A stretch of DNA of 64,000 nucleotides from Chrysomallon squamiferum (lineage: Eukaryota > Animalia > Mollusca): the NCBI GenBank assembly GCA_012295275.1, contig CM022667.1:1240001-1304000 (forward strand), written 5' to 3'. This document shows positions 21,213-36,105 of the stretch, in pieces. The position numbers and the translations under genes were made by a program. Below the pieces are notes generated by a model. That model was not told the DNA's origin. It worked only from the letters and a program-made list of their open reading frames with translations, and ran no database searches. How positions within the stretch are numbered: the stretch's first letter is position 1; each line of letters starts with the position of its first letter.

Positions 21213-24113
21213 TAGCTTTACTCAGGACTTAAAACTGTTATACTAACTTAAAGTTTAAATGTGTTGTACTGTATTCTTTTTTTTTTTTTTTTTTTTTTTT
21301 TTTCATTCTGTTCATTATGTTCTAGTGGATAAAACAACCATTATTCTTAACCATATCAAATACATCTCAATCAGATTAATCCATTTAAAAAACATTCTTA
21401 TTCCTGGTGTAGGTTATTGTGATTTAAGTAATGTATAGCATTTATATCAAAAGGCTAAATGAACCTTCATGCAAACTTTTTTTCCTAACAGTAATAGTAA
21501 CACGTGATTCAGTTATTTGACAATTTATTTTTTATAACAACTAATGATACCTTGAATAAGAACTCGAACCTCTGAACTAAAGTCCATTTCTTTTTAATGT
21601 TTAAATTTATTTATTTATTTATTATTAATAATAATAATATTACTACTACTATTACTACTACTACTACTACTACTACTACTATTTTATTATTTTTTAATTT
21701 TTTTTTATATTTTTTAATTTTCTTCACTATCATATTTATCTATCTAAAAACTTTTTTTTTTTTATCTCAGAACATATCAAAAGATGTTACTTTTTTGTTG
21801 GGAAAACAACAATTTTTCGACAAACATACATTTTCTATTTTCTTTCTCTGTAGGATTTTTGTTTTTGTTTTGCGTGAAATTAGGCTGGGTTGATGCAGTG
21901 CAAATTGATCTACTGTGTCACCAAAGTCTGTTTGATCACAGTTCCAGTGTCTGATCAATAATGGATGGGGCAGAAGCTGGCCACGATGCTGTTACGGCTA
22001 GGAGCTTAATCTGACATACACTATACTCCAAGTTTAATTAGATGTATGACACAGGCTATCGATGCAAAGAAACCATAAGAGATTGTGGAATTTTCGTTTT
22101 GTCTTGATGGTTACAGCATAACTGCTGGCTGATGATCCCAGAACCAGTAGAACTGCATGGTTAATTTGACCTGTTCACAGGTGTTAATTCCATTCTAGCG
22201 TAACAGTTAGCAGATAATTGACTGCTGAGCCCAGTGGTTACTTGGTAGTTGTTGACATGATGGTGGGTTGGTTATATCACCATCTGTTTGAGAAGACAAA
22301 TTAGAGAAGATGGTTTGTAGTAAATAATAGTTTGTCGCAACCAGCAACTGTGGCTTTTAAGTGTGTGGGTGTGGATTTTGTATTTATAGGTGTCATCTGG
22401 TGTCGGATAAAATGAGTGAGTGATGTTTTGAGAGTGTGTGTGTGTGTGTTTAATGTGTATCCTTTTTCATTTACTTAGAGTAGTAGAACATTTTGAGATA
22501 AAAAACAAAATCCATAAAAACACTTGAAAATCAGCAGATAAGTAAAATTTACCCAAAAATAAACAAGTAATTACTGTAGAAAAAGAAATAGAAATAAAGA
22601 AAAGGTAAAACTAAACTAAAATAATAATAAATAAATAGATATAATTTTAATTTTTTATTTTTTTTTATAAAAGTTCTAGTAGTAGTAATAGTGGTTGTAT
22701 AGTAGTAGTAGTAGTAATAATAATAATAATAAAGAATTTTGAAAAAAAAAAACGACATTTTTGTGTAAATATCCGTGTAAAATACGTAACAGAAGGTCAC
22801 TTAGATTTTATATATTATGTATAATGGAATAAAAATAGAAGCATGTTTATTGAAAATATGAGTGTGTTAACAGCTGCTTGTTGTAATATGTGAAAATGTA
22901 CACGTGACATTGTTAGAAACTGTTTTCATTCATTAAATTTATTTGGCACTTTGTCAGGGTCATAAGCAAGATTAATTGTCTCTTGTTGCAGTCACTGCTG
23001 ATGATGACAAATATTCTAATTAAATGATGCTGGTCTTCCTGGAATCAGAATACACATTTTGTATCAGATTTGTACAATTCATTAACTGATACCAGCTCTG
23101 CTTTCTCGAAATAAAATTGTTTAGAAATAAATCAACCATAAATATTTACTGTTCTTCTCTTTCATTTTTTTTTTTTTTTTTCTTTCTTTCTTTTTCTTCA
23201 TGAACTTTGTATGTAAATATTAGAAAAAATCCATTTGGTTTCCAATTCCTGTTCTTTGATGTTTTGTTGATTTCATAAATATATTAATGAGCACCTCCCA
23301 CAAGAAAGGACTGCCAGCTGTAGGACATGCATCAATAGAGTCTGTATGTGTTAAGTACAAACTTACCTACAGACAGACCTTGTTAACTGAACTTTATTTT
23401 AGTCACCAGTGATAGGGTTGACTGAAATAATGATATTATATATGTATTGTGTATGTTTTGTGTGTGTGTGTGTGTGTATGTGTGTGTTAGTATATGTACA
23501 TGTGTTTATATCTATGTATATTTGAATGTAAAAAAAAAAGTGTATTTGAGAAGATATATAAATGTATGTTGTATCTATGATGTGTATGAATACATGTGGA
23601 CATGTATGTGTTTGTGTATGCAATACTATGTTTGTGGGTACATGTTTTTGAAGTTAGAAGAAATAAAAAATTGTTGTTTCATATTTTACTCGAGTGATTT
23701 TAAAAAAAACCTTAGAAAACAAGAATTATTTGCTTAAAAAATGTGGAACATTTACTGTTAATTTAATTTATCAACGTGAAAAAAGCTTTAAAAAAAAAAA
23801 AAAATGAAGAGAAAATGATAAGCAATCTGTATTGTTATCTCTAAATGACAAGTACATTTTAGAGTATTCTCTAATGTGTTGCATACAAATGGTGTCCATT
23901 TGGTCATTTACAATAATTGATTTTTTTTTTTTATTTTATTTTATTTTTTTATTTTTTTTTAATTAATTAATTAATTGTTGTTGTTGTTGTTACTTTTATT
24001 TTTTTTTATTTTTTATGATACTGCTTCTTGGTCCAAATCTCATAAACTAGATCCCATTATCTGCTTGTATCGTTGTTTCAGAGCATTTGTAAATAAACAT
24101 AAACACCTGTTTT

Positions 24114-24152
<39 letters not shown>

Positions 24153-24276
24153 GAAAGAAGAAGAAGAATTTATTTTATTTAATTGCTACAGTGTTACATG
24201 TAATTTCTGAAGGATTCCAATGTAACAACGAGATATTTAAAATAAAGTTCTTTGTGTATTTGTACTGTCTTATCGT

Positions 24277-24307
<31 letters not shown>

Positions 24308-24486
24308 CTGACTTATTTATTTTTTGGATTTTTTTTTTGTTTTAATTTTCCAGTAAAACTACCGACTTTTGAAATTTTTTCTTACTACTGTATATTTATT
24401 CATGAAAATAAAAAACTTAAAACTTTGAAGCATATCATATTATCTATATTGATCAAATACTGTAATTAAATATATCATTTTTAACT

Positions 24487-24522
<36 letters not shown>

Positions 24523-25249
24523 TTGTTGTTTTTCTTTGATAACTGCAGACAATGAAAATAGGCATATAATTGATCACTACTTGCAGTTTCTCTAAGATTT
24601 TTTTTTTTTTTTTTTTTTTTTAAAGTCTTTTTATTTTGACATACATTTTCATCCATAGTTCATGAGGCTGGCTAGTACTAATGCACAGACTGTTAAATGT
24701 CAGTGAGATGTGTGGGTGTTGACCAGTTTCCTTGGTTTGTATTGGAGAAAATAATGAAGCATGAAAACTCTGCCATCTAAATGTTATGAAACTATTTTCA
24801 GACTTGAACAGTGATTAACATTTTAAATTTAATTATTAGCCTTTTATGTTGTTATTTGGAAAAAAAAAAGAAAAAAAAAAAGAAAAAAGAAGAAGACTTC
24901 ATTATGCCAAAATTATAATTTTAATTTTGAAAATATTTTTGATTAAAAATTACATTTTCAGCAAATAATTTTTTTTTTTTTTCTTTGGAAAAGGTACATA
25001 TTATAAGTAGCAGGTGTGAATGTTTTTTTTTTTTTTTTTTCCTTTTTTCTATGTGACAGCAGTCTCCGAGTTCAAATCTTCACATTTTTCTCAAGCACAC
25101 ACTTACATTCACAGTTTCCATTTAATTTGTTTTTCACAAGCAGTTTGTTTTTTTAGGAGAAATTTGCACAACACTTTTTGTCAGAACCCATATTGTTCTT
25201 GAAGAATTTTGAAGTCTGATGATGACACCAGAGCCTTTGAGTGTTTTAA

Positions 25250-25610
25250 TCAGTTTTTTCCATCATGCAACACAAACTGTACATTATTTCCTTTTGAGAA
25301 AATATCCCAATTTTGAAATAATATTTTATTCAGTTTTTTTTGTCTTGTAAGATAAAGTCTATGTTATTTCCTACAGAGAAAATATCCTATTTTGAAAGAG
25401 TATTTTAATGTGTTTTTCCATCATGCAACATAAAATTTACATTGTTTCCCGAGAAGAAAATCTCCCGTTTTGAAATAGTATTTTAATGTGTTTTTCCATC
25501 ATGCAACATAATCTTTACATTATTTATTTTTGAGAAAATATCCCATTTTGAAAAATAAACTCCTCTTTGTTTCCCATGGAGAGAAAATATTTCCATTTTG
25601 AAATATTTAG
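25250..25610. repeat. Degenerate ~80-bp minisatellite, 4-5 units
   Basis: Recurring TTTTTCCATCATGCAACA...GAGAAAATATCCCATTTTGAAA. Confidence 0.85.
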
Positions 25611-25624
25611 TGAACAGGTTACAG

Positions 25625-25830
25625 GGTAGTGGTTAGAAGAAGCTATCACTGAGGTGTCATAAGTCAGAGGAAATCTCTTTCCTTGGGCCATTTCCAGTTT
25701 AATGCACCAGTACTGGTTTATCAGAAATCTTCTGATGTTTCCTGTCTGTGGGAAGGTCTATCAAAAAGACTACTTGATGCTAACTGACAAGAATTATCCC
25801 ATATCTGTATTGATTAAACAATACTAGTGT
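25625..25830 (+). mobile_element. Decayed interspersed repeat (SINE-like relic)
   Basis: Core TTTCCTGTCTGTGGGA..AAAAGA...TTGATGCTAA shared in degenerate form with about 32000, 35625, 54310 and 61120; resembles from memory the core of Nin/Deu-domain SINEs of molluscs. Confidence 0.45.
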
Positions 25831-26407
25831 ATGTCTATGTGTTTCATGAGAGGGATAGAGAGACCAAGACAGAGAGAGAGAGATGTGATTAATGAGGAGA
25901 TAGAGAGAAAGAAGGAGAAATCTGGAAAAAATCACGACATTTTGTGTTTGTTTATGCTGGAGTCTTTTGGTTAAGAAGTCATTTTTAAATTACTGTTTTA
26001 TATGTTTACCAAAAGTTCGATCTATTATTTATTTATTTTTTCTCTTCTTATTGAGTTAACAAACATTTAATAGTATATCAATATCCTGACTTGCACACTT
26101 GAATGCTTAGACATGGCATAAAATCAAGTAGTTTTCTTCTAAAAAAAAAAAAAAAAAAAAAAAAATTTTTTTTTTTTTTTATATACCTTCATGAAGGTAT
26201 AGCATGTTTTAGCTATGATCTGTCTTATTATTCTGTTACCTAATTTGTTGTTTTTATTTACACCGATCTAGAACCACCTTGAAGTGAACTGCATGTGTCA
26301 CACAACTGCTCGCATGTATAGGTTTACAGATAATGAATTATTTTACTGTGTGATTTGGACATGTGCATGTAAGTAACGTGGCCCGTAGAACACAAATCAT
26401 GCAACAC

Positions 26408-26471
<64 letters not shown>

Positions 26472-26791
26472 CTGTTTGGTTCGTGGAGCAGACGGACTGA
26501 GACTAAATAAACTAAGTGATTTAAAAACTCACTGGGAGGTTTTTGAGCTATTTTATCAGTGGAGATACAGCTAGCATTCCTGACCCCAGGGGTGGGTATA
26601 GTCATACAAGGTAAAAAAAAAACAAATTAAAAATAAATAAACAAAAATATACGTTTTGTGTCTCTCTGTGTGTGTGTGTGTATGTGTGTGTATGTGTGTG
26701 TGTTACTGATTATGTCTATATTTATAAATAATAAATATAAATATCAAAATATAGCAACTTTAACACAAATATATATATTTTTTAAACATTT

Positions 26792-26827
<36 letters not shown>

Positions 26828-27306
26828 AATGCACACATTTTTACAAATTAAAAATTAATCATTTACATAAACAAATAACACCATATTAATAAAACCCCTT
26901 TTTATTTATTTACTTATTTATTTATTTATTTATTATTTATTATTTTTTAAATTAACTTTTTTTGTTTTCTACCCACCCTTACAGTAACACACACACACAC
27001 ACACACACACATATTTTGTGAGTGGATCTTCACTGGCTTAAAAACTATGATGTAATGTGAAAACACTTCCACGTCTATGAATGATAGCGAAAGAATGCTG
27101 CAGTAACCTATGACTCAATATTTTACTATCACTATCTTGGAAAGACGGCTGGTGTATTTTCAGGGGGTATTTACAAAAACAGATGTATCGTTGTCCGATG
27201 GATGAATGTTTGTACACAGACTCTCAGTTCTTCTAGACACCTCAAAGAATTTATCTGATGATAACATTTAATAACCCTCTAGATTAGTCCTTAATTTCTT
27301 TTGACC

Positions 27307-27344
<38 letters not shown>

Positions 27345-27562
27345 CTTTTTTCTTTCTCATTTATGTGGTTTGAGTGTAGATGGTTTTTGAGTGGCAGGTA
27401 TGCAAGTGAAAGACATGGTAAATTTTTTTTTTTTTTTAGGGTGAAAAATGATTAAATTTATTGAAAATGCTTGGTAGTAGTTTGTAGTGATATACAGCAG
27501 GTTCCAGCAGTATAAAAACAACTACAGAGAGATAATAAATGAGTGTGTTTGTGAGTATGTGT

Positions 27563-27603
<41 letters not shown>

Positions 27604-29639
27604 TGTGAGTGTATATATGTGTGTGTTTGTCAGTGTTTATAGATGTGTCTGTGAGTGTTAGTGTGTGTGTTTGTGTGAGTATGTATAATTATTTTAAATA
27701 GTTCAATTATTCAATGTTTTATATTTATTATTTATTTATTTATTTATTTATTTATATATTTTTTTTTTTTTTTTTGTGTGTAAATGCATGTTCATGTTGA
27801 ATAATAAAAATAAAAAAATAAATTAAATCAATACAAGGTGGCATAAGCCATGATGCTGAACATGAGTTTTCATCCATGATTTTGTTTTTAAATATTTCTT
27901 TAATATTACTATTCATTTTGTATAATTGCTTTATATAATTAATTACCCAGTTTGTCTTTTTATTTATTCTCTATTATCTTTGAACTGTCAGTTTTTGTTA
28001 AACATCAATTAATTCTAGATGGACAGATTTAAATGTGTGTACAAATATGTAGTTTACCCTCACTCCATTGTTTTAATAATTTAAGCAGAATCAATGTAAT
28101 TTTCATGGATGATCATGCATGTGTTTGTGTGTATGTAGAACATTATTTAATGAAATCAAACATATTAATATTATTATTTTTTTTTTTTTTTTTAATTTTT
28201 AATGTTGGTTAATAATTGTTGTTAATATTTGGTTTTCTGGCTTTCAACATTTTTAGAAGATTTGTCATACATTTTTATCATAGAAATGAAAACATATATC
28301 ACAGACTTTGATAACCAGCTGTCAACTAATATGTACATAAATATACACACATATACCATATACATATATTTGTCTGCACACACATACACACACACACATA
28401 CACACATATACACACACCTTTGTATAAACACATACAATAAACATGTGCATATATAAAAAAAAAAATATATGTATAATGAAGATTTATATTATTTCACACT
28501 TATACACACAAATATTAACATTTAAATACAGGCACATACACAAACACACACATAAACACACACACACACACACAGATGTATATACTAAGATATATATAAA
28601 TACACACAAGAACTCATGCAGTGTTAATGTGGTTATGTTGTAACAAGGCAAGGTGACAAGTTAAAAACAAGACATGAGTGAGACTGTTCATGAAGGATTT
28701 ATTAATGCACCACACTTGACAAACAAACAGTCTGGTCAGCTTAAAGTGACAGACAACAACAAGAGACTCTAAATAAAGCAATGCGGTACATGCACACACA
28801 TTTGTCTTTTGTATAAAAACTGGCTGTACCATGCACATTATAGTGCTGTCAAGTCGGTATGTACCACTCAGTACTTGGAGGCAAAAAAAAACAACTTTGT
28901 TAGGCGCTTGTGTCAATCTTTGCAAATCTCCACATCATAATTCTTAAATAATATGTCAGTTAGACTTAAGGGTTTAATAGTAGAAATGGCATTTTTTGTT
29001 TGTTTTTAACGTTTAAATTATGTCAAAGTACTAGATTCACCAAATGTGACAATGCATTTCTTGGTGGTCTGTGTTGAAATGAATAATTTTGATGCTGTCC
29101 TGTGACATAATACTATAATTTTGCACAAACTTTAGTTTTCAAAGAAGTGATTACAAAACATATACTTCATTATTATCTGTTATTATTGGTCCTTGAAAAA
29201 AATGGAATTGTTGTAGAAAGAATTTACAACAACAACAACCAAAAATGTATTTATTATGGTTATTTTCTAGGTACTCTTGTACTGTATGATTTTTTATTTT
29301 TGTTACTGCTGCATTATTATCTTTCTGAATGATGCTTCCATATCAGAAAAATTTTCAAAAGCAGATTTGACAAAAAAAAAAAAAGAATCAAAAAAGACTT
29401 TGGAAGATATTCTTGTGTTACAGTATATTATGATATGAATTTAAAGAAATGTGTTAAGTAAGTTTTCATTTCTTATTGCTTTTATGTTTTTTAATTTATT
29501 TATTTTTAAATTTTAAAGAAATGTTTAAGTCTAAATAAGAACAACAAAACAAAGCTTTACAACTGGAAATGAAATTATTTTTAGTATTAATATCAAATAT
29601 GAAGGCAACAAAAAACAGTTTTAGAATTAAATATAATTG

Positions 29640-30245
29640 GTTATGTTACTATTGCTGAAAACCATTACCAGTACTACAGTTACTACTACTATTATTTATA
29701 TTATAATTACTACTACCACTACTGGTAGAACTATTACTACAACTACTGTTCTAATTTTTGTTATTGTTATTACTACTAATATTACTACTATTACTACTAC
29801 AACTGCTACTACTACTACTACTACTACTACAACTAGTATTACTACTGTTACTACTGTTATTACTATTTATGTTACTTATACACTACTACAACGACTACTA
29901 CTGTCATATCACTATTACTATGACTACTACTGCTATTACTACTACTACTGTCATACCACTACTACTGCTACTATTCTACTATTATTACTATTACTGTTAT
30001 TTACTACTACTATTACTATTACTGTTATTGATACTACTACTGTCATACCACTATTACTATGATTACTACTACTACTACTACTGATGCTGCTGCTATTACT
30101 ACTATTATTACTATTACTGTTATTGATACTACTACTACTGTCACTACTACTACTACTGCTGCTGCTATTACTACTGTTATTACTATTACTGTTATTGATA
30201 CTACTACTACTGTCATACTATTACTATACTATTGCTACAACATCT
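29640..30245. repeat. Degenerate (TAC/ACT)n trinucleotide low-complexity tract
   Basis: Visible ACT/ATT repeats; source of poly-T/L/Y pseudo-ORFs. Confidence 0.9.
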
Positions 30246-30639
30246 ATTCATCCTATTATTATCAGTTATTTTTTTTTTATTGTAATTATTAAAAGAAATC
30301 AATATATAAATCTGAAAACTGAATGAACATACACACACAGTACACTCTACACTAGACTGACAGATTGGAGTTAAAACAAAGAGGAATCCCATTGTAAACT
30401 ATTATTATCTCTCAGCAGCCAATGAAAATGGCACACTGCCCGAGAAAAAGTTGCTGGATTTTCCCAGCAGCCTGTAATTCTTTACCCATTACGTCATGAC
30501 AGGGGATTCCATGTGTGATAGTGGTTTCATAAGCATTTTGTTATTCGAGGAATTTCACACTAAACTGATACAACTTGTAAAGCCGCGGGCAGGTGGTGGA
30601 GTACTGATGGTGCCAGTGACAAATCCATGTGTGTTACGC

Positions 30640-31560
30640 AAGGAGACTGACTAATTAGTAAACAATGTCTAGAGGGTAAACATGTAGACAGCATCAAGTA
30701 TGTTACGGTAGAAAAAAAAAAAAAAAAGATAAAAAATAAATGCACAAGGTGACTAATTATTAAATGTCTTCGGGGTAGACGGTAGAAGAAAACATCTTTT
30801 TTGTGTCAGACGAGAACAATAGATACACAAGGTGATTAATTAGTAAACAATGTCCAGAGGGTGAACATGTAGACAACATGATGTTTTAGATGTCAGACAA
30901 AGAAAATGCATTCACAAGATAACTAGTTAGTAAACAATGTCCGGAGGGTAAACAGGTAGACAATATCAGATGTGTTGTGTTGGATTAAAAGCAGCACATA
31001 CACAATACTTATTAATGTCCATAGAAGGTAGACATGTAGATGTATAGACAAATTTGTGGGTTTTTTTTTATGTCAAACAAGGAAAATACATTCACAAGAT
31101 AACTAATTAGTAAATAGTGCATAGAGAGTACACATGTAGACAAGATCAAATGTGCTATGTTGGACAAGAACAATATTTACACAAGGTGACTAATTAGTAA
31201 ATGATATCTTGAGGGTAAACACATCATATGTGTTGTGTTGGACACTATCGATACATAAGGTGACTGGTGTAAACAATTTCTAAAGGGTAAACATATAGAC
31301 AAGTTCACGTTTTTTATGTTAGACCGGGAAAACACATTCACAAGGAGAAGCAAACCAGTGTGTAGATGGTAAACATGCATGACAACATCAAGTGTGTTGT
31401 GTTGTAACTAATTAGGAAACAAAGACTAGAGGGTAAACAAGTAGACAGCATCAAGATGCATTGTGCTAGACAAGAACAATAGATACACAGGATGACTAGT
31501 AATTAGTAAACAATGTGTAGAAGGTAAACGGAGACAACATCATGTGTGGACAAGAACAAT
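30640..31560. repeat. Degenerate ~85-90-bp minisatellite, about 11 units
   Basis: Recurring ACTAATTAGTAAACAATGTC.AGAGGGTAAACATGTAGACA...ACACAAGGTG. Confidence 0.9.
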
Positions 31561-31924
31561 ACACTATTCTGTCAGATGGGTCAGATGATAGGCTGTGTTA
31601 ATCAGGAGTCTACAATGTACACAGAGCACCGAGTTCATCTGAATCTGCAACACGATATTGAACTAATTAGAAAAACAATAAGTATAATGATACATGCGTA
31701 GCCAGACTGCACTTAGTGCCACGACAAAAAACACATTTATCACACTGGTCAGATTAAATCACTGTTGTTTGCTTTTTTAGGTTATTCTTTACTTACTTAT
31801 TATTCTTCTTATTATTGTTGTTATTGTTATCACTTCTATTACTGTTATTATTTTGTTTTTTATGTTTTTGTTGTTGTTGTTTTTATTATTATTATTGTTG
31901 TTGTTAAAGTATAATTGTTGTAGC

Positions 31925-32170
31925 CTTATTCTAGCTATGCTCTTCACAGAAAAGCAGTCATTTGGCTACTTCAAGTTCCAGTATCCCACAATAATGTTTT
32001 CCTTTCCAAGGGAAGGTGTATGTAAAAGCTAACTTTTTGTTGATCAATGAATAGAGCCCATGGTGTAGTAAAAACTGGTTTCTTCTTTCATAATCATTTT
32101 ACAAAGAAGCACATTAAATATCTGTTCATAATAAACACTCAAAACGTTGGAATATACATTAAATAAAAAT
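31925..32170 (+). mobile_element. Decayed SINE-like relic
   Basis: TTGGCTACTTC..GTTCCAG...TTTCCTTTCCAAGGGAAGGTGTATGTAAAAG...AGCCCATG, collinear with the other relics. Confidence 0.35.
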
Positions 32171-32952
32171 CTGATTGATAAAAGTGTTTATTCTTATAAT
32201 ATTCTGTTATCATAAACAGGTGTTTGTAGTACTTTTCACATTTTACTTCTTTTGAAAAAAAAAATTATTTACTGTTTGGATTATAAAATTAATGCTAGAT
32301 TATGCCTGAGCTGTATAACTTGACACTATTTTCTTTTTTAAATTTGTAAAATCAATGTTGTTAGAATTTAAGAATGCTTTGTGTACTTTCCAGTCTTTTG
32401 TCAGTTACATTCATGAGAATGAAAGAATTCTTCAATCAGTCTCATTCATTTATTTTCCATTCAGAACTGCTGTAACAGAGCAAAGACATTTATAATAAAA
32501 CAGTTATATGACCAATAGTCTCTGTAGGGATTTTTAAGAATGATATTTCTTGTTAAATCAGTCAAGCAGTCCATTCTTTCTGATTTCATTGTTTGCAATA
32601 AAACAGGTCTTGACTTTTAATATCACTAAGTACTAAATTAAGCTTCATTAAATGAATTCATTGTGATCAAACGAAAGTTTTTGACAGTTCAGTTTTTGAT
32701 ACAGACATTGATGTAATTATAATGAGTCGCAGAATAAGGCAAGTACTAAATGAGTAATTATCACTGAACATTAAAGGAAAAAAATCCCTGTCATGGAGAA
32801 TTCAATTTTGCTAATTGATGTTAAATAAGTACACATCATAAGATTATTAATGTCACTGACAACACTGGTAGATTTTTATTGGTTTTAATTTTTTTTTATT
32901 TTATTTTTTTATTATTATTAATTTTTTTTTTTTTTTTTTAATTTATTTTTTT

Positions 32953-33007
<55 letters not shown>

Positions 33008-34142
33008 TCTGAACTAGACACTACAGCTGGAGGTAAATTAAAAGAAAAACAAAAAGTAATTTATTTCATTGGAAACATTGTTTTAATAAGAAGATACGAA
33101 TAATTTAAATATTTAAAATATTTTGTTGTTCAGTATTTATTTTTATATTTTATTTGTTTAGCGACACCCAACCACAAAAATTAATAATAAAATATAAACA
33201 ATAATAAAGTGTAAAAAAAATATATAAATGAATGTGTTTTGAAAACAAATGAAAGATGGTAAAAGGTTACAGAGGTTAATTATTTAACAAAACTAAATAA
33301 GTTTTAAAAATCCAGTTTTGTTTTAAAAAAAAATTTCTACAAATTTTCTCTTAAAACCTTTAATTTATTTTTCAACATTCTATTTTTTCATAAAATAATA
33401 AAAAAAAAAAAAAAAAGAGAGAAAAAAAAAAAAAGGAATTAATAAACTAAACTAAACAATTTAACATCTGTGAAAGAATGTGTTTTTCAACATTCAGCTT
33501 CATCCAACACCTGCATTTTGCATGTCCACCGACTGAGATTCGAACACGTGACGAGGTACGTCGGATATTTAATTCCACACGATGTTTCAAATATGCATTT
33601 CTCACTTCAAGTGTATCCACTTACACTTTGTTTACGTGACACCCCCACACATTCCACGCCAGGCTATCAGATTTTCACCTACCCTGGGTTGATCCCTGTA
33701 CACATAATGACACAGCGACTTTCTGCATCACAATCATCTCTTTCTTTTATACGTGACATGGAGCTTTTGAAAGAAGTTTTCAAAAAAAAAAAACCTAAAA
33801 AAAAAAATATATATAGAGGCCATGTTGGTACATGTCATTGGTAATGATAGACTTGCTCAGTAATGAAACTGGTTTCCTTGTAGGGGAGTCTGGAGATTTT
33901 TTTTTTTTTTTTTTTGGGGGGGAGGGGTTTGGGGTTTTTTTTTTGTTTTTTTTGCATATTTAATAATTTATTAATTAACTTAATTATAATCAATTTTATT
34001 TATATATTTATTTATTTATTGTTGTTATTATTATTCTTCTTATTATTATTTTATATTTTATTATTATTATTATAATTACTATTATTACTATTATTATAAT
34101 TATTATTTACTATATTTTATTGTAATTTATTATATTATTATG

Positions 34143-34184
<42 letters not shown>

Positions 34185-34519
34185 TGTTGTTATTATTATA
34201 TATATTTTTAAAATGATTTTATGCAAAGTAAAAATAATTAATATTTTGTAGGTTTATTTAATATGTTTTCTTGATGCAATATTGAAGATTGTCTCTAATG
34301 AGCAGTGTCTTTCACCTGTGTGACATTTAATTACGTCTGGTCCATGTGTTTATTTGGTACTTAATCCACTGTCTGGAAAAGGTGAAGAACATTAAAGATC
34401 CATAAATTTGTTGTTTCTTTTATGTGCAAATGCAAATTCATTAAATAGATATATATCTACAGACACACATATGGCTTATTATTGTAATCATTTTTTTTCT
34501 TTCTTTCTTTCCGTCTTTT

Positions 34520-34870
34520 CTCATGGCTTTGGATGATGTTTTACTATCACTATTAATTTAATATTAATGTTATAAATATCTGTAGTTCATTAAATAGAAT
34601 GTTGAGTTTCACCAATGGACAAAACTTGGATTTTTTTGTTTTTGTTTTTTATGGCTCTGGATACATTTTTTTTTTGCTATCACTATTAATTTAATATTAA
34701 TGGTATAAACATCTTTATTTCATTATAAAGATATTTAGAGCCATAGACATGGAGAGGCTTGAATTTTTGTTATTTTTTATTATTTTTTATGTGGTATTTG
34801 TTTGGGTTTTCATGGCTTCAGATGACTTTTTTTCTTCTTTTTAATGTCGCTATTAATTTAATATTAAGTT
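34520..34870. repeat. Three degenerate direct repeats (~130-170 bp spacing)
   Basis: ATGGCT..GGAT...ATCACTATTAATTTAATATTAA repeated three times. Confidence 0.7.
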
Positions 34871-35609
34871 TTTTTTAACCATCTATATCTGTGTATGTGT
34901 GTTACTTTAAAAATAAAGATTTTTTTTATTACTTTGTTTTTTAATTAATTAATTAATCATTATCATCTTCTATTTCTTCTTCTTATCATCATCATCATCA
35001 TCATCATCATCATTTTTATTATATTATTTATATTATTGCAAGTATAAGTTGAAATGAAGATGTAGACAACAAGGTGAACATTTTTCAATAAGAAACTTTA
35101 GAAGAAGAAAATGTATTTAAAAAATTGGAAATTTTATTTAAAATGTGTATGTAATATATGCAAAAGTAACGAACCAGAAGTTAAAACTATTACTTATCTT
35201 CATAACACTGGAAACATTTTTAAATTAGATTACTGGTTTCAATTTCTTCTTCATTAAAACTGTTATTATTTTCAAACTTTTAAAGAGAGATTCTTTACCA
35301 CTTCTATAAATCATTTTTAAAGAGATTTATTAGTTTTTAAAAAATAAAAAATAATTGAATTAAAATTATTTTTATCACATTTATACACAGAACAACAGCT
35401 CTTTTTTTTTTTTAAATTTATTTTAACACTTGCCTTAATATAAGTAATTTTTGGTTTTATTGAATTAAGGCCAGATCATTTACACTGGACTGCAAAGCGA
35501 TTACATATTTAACATTTTATTTGTTTCATTTTGTATACTCTTGTCAAATGTCAATATTTAATATTTCACATGGTACGGATTTCAATGAAAAATTAGAATT
35601 ATCATCACA

Positions 35610-35730
35610 ACTGAGGTATGTACTTTCCTGTCTGTGGGTAGGCACATACAAAATGTATGTTGCTGCTAATCAACTTTCTTAATAACTGTAGTTCTTGACC
35701 ATGTATATAATACCATATATTCTTAATATC
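35610..35730 (+). mobile_element. Decayed SINE-like relic
   Basis: GGTATGTACTTTCCTGTCTGTGGGTAGGCACATACAAAA...TTGCTGCTAATC...CTTGACCATGT. Confidence 0.45.
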
Positions 35731-35749
35731 AGTACAGGTGGTAATAACC

Positions 35750-36105
35750 ACAGTAGTAGTAGTAATAGTAAAAAAGGTGGTTCTAGTACCATTGGCAGTA
35801 ATATAAACTAGTAGTAGTAGTAGTAGTAAGAATAATAGTAATGTAGGTCATCATAGGTGTAACAGTAGTGATAATTCTTTTAGGAACAGCAGTAGCAGCT
35901 GCAGTAGATACAGTGATATCTGATTTATGTAGCAGTAGTAATAGTAGTAGTAGTAGTGGTGGTGGCAACTGTAGTAGATAGAAGCAATGGTTATGCTTGC
36001 TGTAGTGATGGTAGCAGCAGTAGTGGTAATACTTATAGTAGTTGTAGTAGCACTTGTAGCAGGAGCAGCAGTAGCATTAGTAGTAGTAGTAGTAGTAGTA
36101 GCATT
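35750..36105. repeat. Degenerate (AGT/AGC)n tract
   Basis: Visible trinucleotide repeats. Confidence 0.85.

Noticed and set aside
29637-30326. Overlapping 77-141 aa ORFs rich in T/L/Y (mucin-like)
   Set aside because: Products of degenerate trinucleotide repeats, open in several frames; no splice context.
30640-31560. Repeat-spacer appearance suggestive of a CRISPR array
   Set aside because: Eukaryotic context, degenerate repeats, spacers related to one another, no cas genes; it is a minisatellite.
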